Shown: positions 47,784 to 64,000 of the stretch, piece by piece
Layout: every line of letters starts with the position of its first letter
Numbering within the stretch: position 1 is the first letter of the stretch
From: the human T2T-CHM13v2.0 reference genome, Homo sapiens
Assembly: GCF_009914755.1 (NCBI RefSeq)
Contig: NC_060943.1
Length of the DNA: 64,000 nucleotides
Direction: 5' to 3' (one strand)
Notes under the pieces: generated by a model
What the model was told of the DNA's origin: nothing
The model's database searches: none
What the model saw: the letters and a program-made list of their open reading frames with translations, nothing else
Position numbers and translations under genes: made by a program

Positions 47784-49335
47784 TGAGTTTCGCCATGTTG
47801 CCCAGGCTGGTGTTTCTGTTTTGGAAACAGCTGAGACCCCATACCTTTTTAAGTCTCAGCTTCCCTCCATCTTTCCTCATTCCTCAAAACTTCTCTCTTT
47901 GGGGTCTGAGGCAGAGGATCTGTCTCTGTCTTTGTCTCTATCACCATCCTGTTGCTCTCCCCACTTGGGAGTCACCTTTCCAAACACAGGCAGCTCAGAG
48001 CCAAGTCTATCTGCAACCAAGTGCCTTGTTTTGTGGTACTGTCCCCAACCTGAGGGGTTAGTCCCATCACCCCTCCTGTTTGTGGCACTTCCATGTTAGT
48101 GACACCTCATTCTTTCACATATAAAGAGTAGGGAGAAACAAATAAGTTGTGAAGAATATTTTCATGCACACCACATCTCCCAGGTTATATATACTTCCTG
48201 TTTAGGATGTTGGAATTTTGAGGTGTGCTGAGTCCAGCCCCCTCTCCACACCAAACTGCCTGCCCATCCTGAATCTCTGAGAGGAATGGCGATGGGTGTC
48301 TTGAGGGACAGAGTACCCACTTCCAGCAGTGAGGTGTATCTGCTGGGAATGCCATCACCCACAGGCCAACCTGAATGACTGCAGGTTCCCCTTAACGTAT
48401 TCAGTGAGTGCCCACTTTATGCCAGGCCCCGGACACAGCTGTAAAAAGACACACAAGGACCACCCCACTTTGCGGAGCCTGGTTGAGTGAAGGGGACAAA
48501 TGAGTAAATCCTAAGAAAGTAGTTGATTGCAGTAAGATTTGTGCTGGGGATTCAACCCATCAGTTCATTAGTGAACGGAGGCAGAGGTGATCTAGATAGT
48601 TGGATGGGGAGGCCTCCCTGGGGAGGGAGGTCACATTTGAGCTGAGACCTGGAGGAAGAAAAGGAGTCGGGGAGGGGGTAGTTGAGGGTGGACATTGCAA
48701 GTAAATGCAAACAGCAAGTGCAAAGGCCCTGAGATGGGAGCAGGCTCACTTCAGTCACAGCAAAGCTGTTGAAAATGGGCACCTAGGAGGCTTCAAAATT
48801 AAACTCAATACCAAAAGGCAGCAGATGGTGTCACTGAGTCTTTCCCCAAACAACAGCTGTTGCCTTTGCAAGGTATAGGGCTGGGCCTGTGCCTTCTCTG
48901 TGCTTCTCCAGGCTCTTGCACAAGTTGGTCCACCCAGCCAGCATGCCCTTTCCTCTCCAATTCTCAAACTCCTATGCATCCTTCAAAACCCACTGCAGAT
49001 TCCCCTCTTACATGCAGCCTTATTCAAACTCATTCAATTGTCTCCATGTGGGGACTGTGCTCCCATTCTTCCCTTTGGCCCAGGCTTGATCTCCCAGGAC
49101 TGAGGGTACTTGTCTCTAGTTCTATCTCCCCCAGGTTGGAGGATTGGGCTGGGACCAGCTGATAGGAAACCCAGTTGAGGCATGAGCCTGACAAAACTCT
49201 TGAAATACAGACATCTGTGAGTCATTAACTCTGCCTGAGAAGAAACCAGGGACAGCTTCTCAAAGGAGGTGGCATTGCACCAGGGTCTTGAAAGATTTTC
49301 TCAGAATATTAGAGCTAAAGGAATATATACATTTT

Positions 49336-49341
49336 TTTATT
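49336..49341 (-). terminator. LRRC25: Probable LRRC25 polyadenylation signal (alternative AATAAA at 49868-49873)
   Basis: tttatt on + strand = AATAAA on - strand, downstream of the LRRC25 stop. Confidence 0.55.
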
Positions 49342-49599
49342 TTGGGGGTGGTGTGGGCTGCTCTGGAGGCCAAGCCTGGAGATCAGGGACCTGGGAAGGG
49401 GCCCTGAGAGGGGCAGAAGGGAGGAATGTGCCTGGGCGCGGTGGCCACGCCTGTAATCCCAGCACTTCAGGAGGCCGAGGTGGGCAGATCGCTTGAGGTC
49501 AGGAGTTCGAGACCAGCCTGGCCAACATGGCGAAACCCCATCTCTATTATAAATACAAAAATTAGCTCGGCATGGTGGTGGGTGCTGTAATCCCAGCTA

Positions 49600-49701
<102 letters not shown>

Positions 49702-50158
49702 TCAGTTTCAAAAACAAACAAACAAACAACAACAACAAAAAAAAACAGGGATGGGAGGTGGGGAGCAATTTGGGAGTCTCAGATGGAGACTTGGTCTTAG
49801 AACTCAGAAATCCCCACCTTGAGGAACCCACGCACCCTGAGCCAGCAGCCTCATCAGCCTCGAAGCATTTATTGAGCACTGCCTGTACATCCACAGGAGG
49901 GTGATGACAGGATTGGCACAGTGACCCTCCTGTCCCCTTGTTGGGGGTCTCTCCTCTTCCCCCTCTAGGAGCTGAGGGAGCTGAGGAGCGGCATGAGGGA
50001 CAGGGAGGGGGCGGCAGAGCTTCCTGGGGCCTCAAGGACAATCCTTTCCTGTCCCCATTCTTCAGATGGGGAAACTGAGGCCATGGAGGAGTTAGGACGC
50101 CCTGAGTCACCCAGCAGGGACTGAAGGGGTTCTGGGTGGAGGTTAGGACATCTTAGGC

Positions 50159-50398
<240 letters not shown>

Positions 50399-50401
50399 TC
50401 A

Positions 50402-50656
<255 letters not shown>

Positions 50657-51412
50657 CTATCTCAGAAGGAAAAAAAAAAAGAAAGCTTCAGAGTGGCTCA
50701 GTCCACCCCGAATATTTACATATGGGGAAACTGGCACGGGCTAGCGTTCTGACTCCTAGCCAACCCCACCTCTCTCTGAGGAGGCTGCGGGAGGGCAGTG
50801 ATTTAGGGAAGGTTCTGTGGGTGTAACGCTGCGGTCTGAGGACCCTGAACCCTTTTTCCTTCCTTAAAAATGAGATAGCGGCCAGGCGCGGTGACTCATG
50901 CCTGTAATCCCAGCACTTTGGGAGGCCAAGGCAGAAGGTCTGCTTGAGGCCAGGAGTTTGAGACCATCCTGAGCAACAGGGTGAGACCCCATCTCTACAA
51001 AAAATTAAAAAATTATTCAGGCGTGGTGACGTGTGCCTGGAGTCCCATCTCCTCGGGAGGCTGAGGTGGGAGGACCGCTTGAGCCCAGGAGGTCGAGCCT
51101 ACAGTGAGCCGTTATCACACCACTGCACTGCAGCCTGGATGACAGAGGGAGACCCCGTCTCAAAAAAAACAGAAATTGAGGTAGCTGTTCATTATTACAT
51201 TAAAATCTAAATTTTTGTTTCCTCTTGAAAAATCGGAAGCTCTGGCCACGTCAGTCACATGCACACAAGTGGCTGCACCCACACTCTGTGCTCCTTCCGA
51301 TGGGAAATGTTTTCACCACTGAAGCAACTGACTTTGTGGCCCTCATATATAAAAGCAAGTCTCTGAGCCTCAGTTTCTGCATCTATAGAATTGGTCAAGG
51401 AGCAGGTAGCTA

Positions 51413-51824
<412 letters not shown>

Positions 51825-53031
51825 CTATCAGTCAATTATACTCTAGTACGAATTGCCCACCAACCCCTAAGTGGTTGTAGGGGGACGAACAGGTCTGGGA
51901 CGCAGGGTTTGTGTCCTGCCTTTTTTGACTGGCTATGTGACCTTGGACAAGTCATTTCCCTGCCTCCCAGAGCCTCCATGTCTGTAACTGTAAGATGCAG
52001 GGTGGAAATGACACAGTCAATTCTAAACACAGTGTTTCTGGAGGCCAGTACATAAAGGAGGCTGATCCGGAAGCCTCGGGGACAGGGAGGCCAAGATGAA
52101 CATCAGAGCACAAGCTGCTTTTGCGAGTCCAGTGTCTTCAACACCCTGCCTCAGACCATTTCTGCTTTTGAGCCATGTTGACATCTGCTTTGCATATTTT
52201 CTCCTTTCTCACCAACAGCCTTCCGATAGCCTCCCCACCTCCTGGCACGGACTCTGCTGCCCAAACACAGCCATGGCCGCGGCCCCTTCCTGCTTGGCCC
52301 TCCCTGTTCCCCTCAGGCCTCAGCTTTCAAGTCATCCCTTCTCAAAAACCATTCACAGCAAATTCTCTGTTCTTTCCCACCTCTGGGTCTCTGCCCCTGA
52401 GGGTCCCACCCCTTGAAATTCCCTCCATTCCCTTTTCCAACCTAGAAAAGCTTTTCTTTTCTTTTTTTCTTTCTTTCTTTCTTTTTTTTTTTTTTTGAGA
52501 CGGAGTCTCGCTCTGTCGCCCAGGCTGGGGTGCAGTGGTGCGATCTGGGCTCACTGCAACCTCCACCTCCTGGGTTCAAGTGATTCTTCTTGCCTCAGCC
52601 TCCCAAGTAGCTGGGATTACAGGCACCCACGACCATGCCCGGCTAATTTTTGTATTTTTAGTAGAGACAGGGTTTCACCATATTGGCCAGGCTGGTCTCG
52701 AACTCCTGACCTCGTGATCCTCCTGCCTTGGCCTCCCAAAGTGTTGGGATTACAGGCATGAGCCACCGTGCCCGGCCTAATTTTTGTATTTTTTAGTAGA
52801 AACAGGGTTCCACCATGTTGGTCAGGCTGGTCTTGAGGTCCTGACCACAGGTGATCTGACCTCGCCTTGGCCTCGAAAAGTGCTGGGATTATAGGCATGA
52901 GCCACCGCACCCCACACCAACCTAGAAAAGTTCAACTCATTTGTCTAAGCCCAGCAAAATCATCCAGAAGCCGGTGGCGGTGGCTCACACCCATAATGCC
53001 AGCACTTTGGGAGGCTAAGACATGAGGATCA

Positions 53032-53247
<216 letters not shown>

Positions 53248-53356
53248 TCAAAAAAAAATGTCGGCTGGGCGCGGTGGCTCACACCTGTAATCCCAGCACT
53301 TAAGGAGGCTGAGGTGGGCGGATCACGAGGTCAGGAGATCGAGACCATCCTGGCTA

Positions 53357-53566
<210 letters not shown>

Positions 53567-53872
53567 CTAGTGGTGATGGGACTTTGTAGGGCACCTCTTT
53601 AGTATCTCATGTGTGTCATGGGGAAATGGGGGGCTGTCCCCACTCTATGGAGACAGAAATGGAGGTTCAGAGACAGCCTTGGGTCACATGGGACCTGGGC
53701 CTATGCTGCTGACCGCCACCGCGGAGCCCCAACTCCGCTCAAGCAGTTGCCTCCTGTCTCCCCATCCTTGGCCGCCAGAAACTGGGTTTACAGGTCATAA
53801 GGGGGGGAAGTTTGTCCCATATATGGGAACTCACTTAATTCTTACCCCAACACACTATGATGGGGGCTGTAA

Positions 53873-54130
<258 letters not shown>

Positions 54131-54356
54131 TGATCCGCCTGCCTTGGCCTCCCAAAGTGCTAGGATTACAGGTGTGAGCCACCATGTCCAGTCCTCTCCC
54201 CATTTTATAGGTGAGGAGACTGAGGCTCAGAGAAGTAAAGCTACTCACCTAAGATCCCACAGCCTTCAAGCGGCAGAGCTGGGATTTGAACCTCGGCCAT
54301 CTGGGTGTGGAGCCTTATTATTCACCACTTTGGCAGGTGTCTCAGTGGCTTACTTA

Positions 54357-55136
<780 letters not shown>

Positions 55137-55399
55137 TCAAGCAACCTACGTAGAGACACCGGAATCCTAGCCCTGACCTCAGCCCTGTGGTCGCCCTCGC
55201 CTCCACCGCCAGTGTTTATTATTATAGCTCAGACCAGCTCAAGCCGCTTCTGAAATGGTAAAACGCAGCCCCAGTCTGGTCGCCTCCTTTGGCTGGTGGG
55301 CTGCCTCAGTCTCCCCTTCTGGGGAATGGGTAGATAACCCCAGTGCTTAGCGGGCTTGGAAGGCGAGGAGGAGATCCGGGCCAGTTAACCCCTTCTTCT

Positions 55400-55815
55400 A
55401 TGTCCTGAACATTTGGGGCGCCCTCGTTGGCCAGGACGGGACCCTATGCAAATAAGCGGTTGCCTTGGAAACGGCCCCGCCCCCTGATCACGCTCCCGGT
55501 ATCTCCCAGAACGGCGGGTCGCTGGGAAGTCCTGGGATAGGGTGGAGTGGGGGCTGCTGAAAGGGTCCTCCCAGGTCTGGTTTGCAGTCCCTGCACAGGT
55601 GCAAGTTCTAGAGCCTCAGTCCTACCTTTTGGGTCCCACTGCCACGCTTTTGCCTCTGCGATGCTGGAAAAGCGACGGCGCCCAGAGGCTGCGTCCTGGC
55701 CCACCTGGACACGGGGGCCGCAGCGGCCACGGCCAGCACCGTCCGCAGCGCTGCTGGGGTCGCTGGCGTTCCTCTGGCTCTGCACCCAGCGACTCAGGGG
55801 GAAGAGGAACTGGTG
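55400..55815 (-). promoter_or_regulatory. LRRC25: LRRC25 CpG-rich promoter/5'UTR with octamer, GC box and PU.1-type site
   Basis: High CpG density; ATGCAAAT 55446-55453; GGCCCCGCCCCC ~55473; GAAGAGGAACT 55801-55811. Confidence 0.6.
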
Positions 55816-56924
55816 TCTGGGTGGAGTGCAGAGGGGAAGAATGAAGACAGAGATCCGCCCCCTTGCAGGGCCTCAAGGTTCTCACCAGAGGTGGATGGAG
55901 GGCAAGAGGGAGGGGTGGACCAGAGTCCCGCTTCCCTCTTGCTAGAACCCAGTGACTTCATGTCCTCTATTAGCACCCCAACCGACTGCCACCTCATCAA
56001 CTCGCTTCTTGATCTCAGCTTGGCTGGTTCCCAGCTCATGCAGTCATTTATTCATTCAACAAGCATCACCCACGCTGGGCCCCCAAGAGGCCTCAGCCCT
56101 GACCAGGTCCTCAAGGAGCTATCTTAAGAGAGGACAGAGCTGGACATAGACACTCCTAGTCCCATGCAGTTAAGGAAGGTCCAGAGGGAAAGACAGGGTC
56201 CTGGAAGGCTTCCTGGAGGAGGAGGCATTACAGTTGGGGCTTCAACGCATGAGTAGGAGTTCACTAAGATTCCCCAAACCTATCATTGGCTCTCCAAGCT
56301 CCTCCAAGCCTCTCCCACTGAGTTCTTGCACAGTGGCACCTCTATGCTGGAGGGGACAGTGAGGAGGGCTCCCAGCAGCTTGGGAAAATGTAGCTGGCTG
56401 GGATAGCATGGTTAGGAGTGGAGAGGATAGAAGGAATTGGTGGTGGGGGAAGAGGTCCATGTGGAGCCAAGGCAGGTGCGTGGGCAGAGGGGCACTGGCT
56501 CAAGAAGTCCCTCTGGAGTGAGCCTGGTGTCTGGGGTGGGCAACTTGGGGAGGAGGCTGAGGTCCCAGAAGCAGATGGGGGCCTGAGGCAGACTGGAGGG
56601 GTAGTAGTGACAAAAATGATACTGAGGAGGGGTGGGCTGGGAGAAGGCCTCACCTGAACCTGGTGTCAGGTGGACCAGGTACAACCTATGCCAGCCCGAC
56701 TCACTGTGCCACCTTAACTGCGTGTGACACCATGTCCACAGCTGTCAAATGCACAGAGGCTTCTCCGGGATCTGGGAGGCTGGGAGTCCACTCCCCCACG
56801 TTTTCCCCTCTTTTCGGCCTCTGTCCTTCACATCGCCAAACTCCAAGAAATGGTCAAAGGCTTTGAACGGAGACCTTGAAGAAAAAGCGGGAAACTGCTT
56901 TTCAACATGTCCAGAGATGCTCAT

Positions 56925-59131
<2,207 letters not shown>

Positions 59132-59436
59132 TCAGTTCATCCATCCTAGCATGCCACAAAGTTCTGAAAATGAAATTATAAATCTCTATGAACCTATAAG
59201 GAAAGACTCATTCATTTCCTCTGTAAGCCTTTATGAAGTTCCTGTTGTATACCAGGTACTATGAACCACAGACACAGCAGTGAATAAAACAGACAAAAAT
59301 CCCAGCCCCCCCTCCCCCCACCTCTCACTGTAGTTGGGGAAACAGACAACAGGCAGAATCCATCGGGAAAATATATCAAGTGCAGGTGGTGGGAATGCTG
59401 CAAAGAAAAATAAGGGCAGGAAATGAGATGGGAAAC

Positions 59437-59438
59437 TT

Positions 59439-59477
<39 letters not shown>

Positions 59478-59480
59478 TTT
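59437..59480. repeat. (TTTA)n microsatellite, tail of a minus-strand Alu
   Basis: tttatttattta... preceding gaaacggagtttt. Confidence 0.9.
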
Positions 59481-59482
59481 GA

Positions 59483-59701
<219 letters not shown>

Positions 59702-60254
59702 TGATCCACCCTCCTCAGCCTCCCAGAGTGTTGGGATTACAGGCGTGAGCCACTGAGCCTGGCCGCAGAAGCAACTTTTCAATGGGATGATCAAGGAACC
59801 CCTTAGGGAGTAAGGAGGAAGGGATGTGGGGAACAGCATCCAGGAGTGGGAACAGCATGTGCAAAGGCCCTGTGGTGGGAGCAGCCCTGGGTAGAGAGCA
59901 GATGTCTCCAAATGTTTGTTCAGGCTGCTATAACAAATATGCCGTAAACTGGGGTAGCTTATGAACAACAGTTCCGGAAGCTGGGAAGTCCAAGATCAAG
60001 GCACCAGCAGATTCACTTCCTAGTTTGCAGATGACCGTCTTCTCACTGTGTCCTCAGTAGACAGCAGAGGGAGCAGGGGAGCTCTTGGGGCCTCTTTTAT
60101 AAGGAGCAGAGGGATGGAGGAGCCCAGCCAGCAGTGAGCCTCATGCAGCTGCACGTCCTCCACGCCCAGTTCTGAGGCCTCTTAGAAAAAAAGGAAATAA
60201 AGAAATGAGGAAGTGCCAGACCCGAGGCTGCAGGTGGTGGGGGACAGGCAGGCC

Positions 60255-60643
60255 TGGGGTCTGGGATAGTGAGTTTTGGAGGTGGGTCTGGGGGAGCCGG
60301 GGGCCTTGGAGTCTGAGGTCTGTGGGGTCCTGAGATTTGGGGACTCTGAGGTCTGGGGATCCAGGGGTCTGAGAGTCCTGGAATCTAAGGGTCCTGAGGT
60401 CTGGGGGTCCTAAAGTCTGAGGATCCGGAGGTTTGGGGGTCCTGGGATCTAGGGGTCTTGGGATATGGGGGTTTGGTGGGGGGGTATAGGGGTCTGGGGA
60501 TCCAGATGTCTGAGAGTCTTGGGGTCTGGGGGTCCAGGGGTCTGGTGGTTCTGAAGTCTGGGGATCCAGAGGTCTGGGAGTCTTGGGATCTGGGGGTCCT
60601 GCAGTCTGGGGGCCCTGGAGTTTGGTAGTCCTGGGGTCTGGGA
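60255..60643. repeat. G-rich degenerate tandem array (GGGGTCT/GGGATCC-type units), left of the LTR
   Basis: Repeated ggggtct, gggatcc, gaggtct units. Confidence 0.85.
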
Positions 60644-61639
60644 TGTAGGGAAAAGAAAAAGCGATCAGACTGTTACTGTGTCTATGTAGAAAAGGAAGAC
60701 ATAAAAAACTTCATTTTGACCCATACCCTGAACAATTGCTTTGCCCTGAGATGCTGTTAATCTGTAACTTTAGCCCCAACCTCGAGCTCACAGAAATATG
60801 TGTTGTATGGAATCAAGGTTTAAGGGATCTAGGGCTGTGCAGGATGTGCTTTGCTAATAAAATGTTTGCAGGCAGTGTGCTTGGTAAAAGTCATCGCCAT
60901 TCTCCATTCTCGAGTAACCAGGGGCACAATGCACTGCAGAAAGCCGCAGGGGCCTCTGCTCTGGAAAGTCAGGTACTGTCCAAGATTTCTCCCCATGGGA
61001 TAGTCTGAAACATGGCCTCGTGGGATGGGAAAGATCTGATCGTCCCCCCAGCCCGACACCCGTGAAGGGTCTGTGCTGAGGAGGATTAGTAAAAGAGGAA
61101 GGCCTCTTGCAGTTGAGCTAAGAGGAAGGCCTCTGTCTCCTGCCTGCCCCTGGGAACTGAATGTCTCGGTATAAAACCCGATTGTACATTTGTTCAATTC
61201 TGAGATAGGAGAAAAACCGCCCTATGGCGGGAGGCGAGACGTATTGGCAGCAATGCTGCTCTGTTACTCTTTACTCGGCTGAGATGTTTGGGTGGAGAGA
61301 AGTATAAATCTGGCCTACGTGCACATCCAGGCACAGTACCTGCTCTTGAACTTGTGACACGGATTCCTTTGCTCACATGTTTTCTTGCTGACCTCCTCCC
61401 CACTATCACCCTGCTCTCTTGATGCATTCCTCTTGCTGAGATAGTGAAAATAGTAATCAATAAATACTGAGGGAACTCAGAGACTGGTGCCAGTGCAGGT
61501 CCTTGGTATGCTGAGCGCCGGTCCCCTGGGCCCACTGTTCTTTCTCTATACTCTGTCTCTGTGTCTTATTTCTTTTCTCAGTCTCTCATTCCACCTGATG
61601 AGATATCCCACAGGTGTGGAGGGGCAGGCCACCCCTTCA
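60644..61639 (+). mobile_element. Solo LTR of HERV-K(HML-2), LTR5 family (most like LTR5A)
   Basis: Starts TGTAGGGAAAAGAAA...GATCAGACTGTTACTGTGTCTATGTAGAAA and ends GGGGCAGGCCACCCCTTCA (TG...CA), 996 bp; internal AATAAA 61459-61464; no PBS or internal sequence follows. Confidence 0.9.
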
Positions 61640-61972
61640 TGCAGGTCTTAGGATGTGAGGGTTCTGAGGTCTGTGGGTTCTGGGGTATGGGGATCCAGAG
61701 GTCTGGGAGTCTTGGGGTTTGGGAGTCCTGGGGCCTGAGGATCCTGGGGTCTGGGGATCCTGGGGACTGAGGGTCCTGGGCTCTGGGGATCCAGAGGTCT
61801 GGGAGTCTTGGGGTTTGGGAGTCCTGGGGCCTGAGGGTCCTGGGGTCTGGGGATCCAGAAGTCTGGGGGTCCTGGGGTCCTGAGGTCTGGGGGTCTTGGG
61901 GTCTGGGGGTGCTGGGGTCTAGGGATCCAGAGGTCTGGGAGTCTTGGGGTCTGGGGCCCCTGGGGTCTGGGC
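61640..61972. repeat. G-rich degenerate tandem array, right of the LTR
   Basis: Same units; a 72-nt block is repeated at 61689-61760 and 61785-61856 with one mismatch. Confidence 0.85.
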
Positions 61973-62229
61973 CTTCCTGACACAGCCCCAGCTGGCTACT
62001 CCCAGGTTTCTGGGAAAGGGGACAGCTCAAGGCTCCACTGGCCTCATCCCTGGCTGAAGGGAGCCTGGAACTTTCAGAGGCCACCTCCCTGGGGTCCCTC
62101 TGCTGCCCCCTGATGTACCTGAAGCCGTCCCAGGCTTGAGTCCCAGGCAGGGCCAGCCAGTCTGCACAAAAACCTCCAGGCAGCCGCCAGAGATGGCCCC
62201 AGACAGAGAGACACCAGCCCGCCCCCCAG

Positions 62230-62486
62230 CTATACTCAGAGATGCCAAGAGACCCTCAGAAACACTTGGGGGCCACCATAGGCATGCAGAGACACCTAGG
62301 GACACTCAGAAACGCCCAGGGATGCCCAGAAAACCTCAGAGACCCCCAAGATCCTCAGAGACATTTAGAGACCTTCAGAGACTCCCAAAGACCCTCAGAG
62401 ACCCTCAGAGACCCTCAGAGATCCCCAGAGACCCTCAGAGACCCTCAGAGATCCCCAGAGACTTTCAGAGACATTCAGAGACATCC
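62230..62486. repeat. 10-bp minisatellite (GAGACCCTCA-type)
   Basis: accctcagag repeated with variants atccccagag, actttcagag, acattcagag. Confidence 0.85.
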
Positions 62487-62528
62487 AGGCTGGGCATGGT
62501 GGCTGACGCCTGTAATCCTAGCACTTTA

Positions 62529-62846
<318 letters not shown>

Positions 62847-62880
62847 TCACAAGGTCAGGAGATTGAGACCATCCTGGCTA

Positions 62881-63096
<216 letters not shown>

Positions 63097-64000
63097 TCAG
63101 AGACATTGAGACCACCCAGAGATCCTCACAGACCCTAGAGATGCCCTGGAAAGCCCAGAGGCCCCCCCCCCCGCGAAAGAAAAAAACATGGAGAGCCAGG
63201 CAAGAAGCTCCCTGGGGTGGCCCCGCCTCAATTCAACCCCATCACCACATTCACCCAACACCCTCAGGTCCTCAGAGCCCACCCTGAGGTGGGTGATGCC
63301 AGAGTCCCTCCAGGCCTCAGCCTGGGTGCTGCCCCAAGAACCCTCAGTCTAGGCAGTGGGGCAACCATGGATGCCTGGCCCTGTGGAGTCAGATCAGGCT
63401 GGAACAGGGTCAAGGGCTGCCCTCCCCCTTCCCCAGCCACCTGCACAGACCCCAAATCTCCCACCCCAGCCTCCTCCTTCCTGGTTTTCTGCCACCTCCA
63501 TCCTCTCTGTGACAGCCATGAGGCAGAGCAGGGGAATTTAAAAACCCTCCCCCACGCCAGGCGTGATGGCTCATGCCTGTAATCCCAGCACTTTGGGAGG
63601 CCGAGTTGGGAGGATCGCTTGAGCCCAGGAGTTCAAGACCAGCCTGGGCAACATAGTGAGACTCTGTCTCTACAAAAAAAAAAAAAAAAATCTTTTTGAG
63701 ACAAGGTCTCTGTCCGACACCCATGCTGGAGTGCAATGCTAAAATCATTGCTCACTGCACTGCATCCTCAGCCTCTGGGACTCAGGTGATCCTCCCACCT
63801 CAGCCTCCAGAGTAGCTGGGTCTGCAGGCACATGTCACCATGCCTGGCTAATTATCTGTATTATTTTAAGAGATGGGGTTGGCCAAGTGCAGTGGCTCAT
63901 GCCTGTAATCCCAGCACTTTGGGAGATCGAGAGCAGGCAGATCACGAGGTCAGGTGATCGAGACCATCCTGGCTAACAAACACAGTGAAACCCTGTCTCT

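Noticed and set aside
60255-62486. CRISPR-like array
   Set aside because: Human sequence; degenerate tandem units with no unique spacers and no cas genes

Overview
Human genomic DNA, recognisable as chr19p13.11. It is very Alu-dense (roughly half the window). It contains PGPEP1 coding exons 2-5 plus a ~6.4 kb 3'UTR (+; exon 1 lies upstream of the window), the complete two-exon GDF15 gene (+) with intronic MIR3189, and the complete LRRC25 gene (-), convergent with GDF15. A solo HERV-K(HML-2) LTR5-type element sits inside a G-rich tandem array near the end. The most notable signal not explained by these genes is a degenerate tandem duplicate of the GDF15 promoter, exon 1 and intron start, with its ATG exactly 4000 bp upstream of the real ATG. 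Its coding part is dead (~69% identity, a stop at codon 26, a frameshift), but its TATA box, start context, a 25-bp promoter element (24/25 identical) and the splice donor are retained, suggesting a shadow promoter or enhancer. Also seen: candidate p53/ATF4/NRF2 stress-enhancer clusters in the PGPEP1 3'UTR and ~12 kb upstream of GDF15, a MIR-derived competing fold for pre-miR-3189, and several template-switch or fold-back scars in Alus. Most ORFs in the supplied track are Alu or low-complexity artefacts. Gene and repeat identities rest on recall of known sequences; no searches were run.
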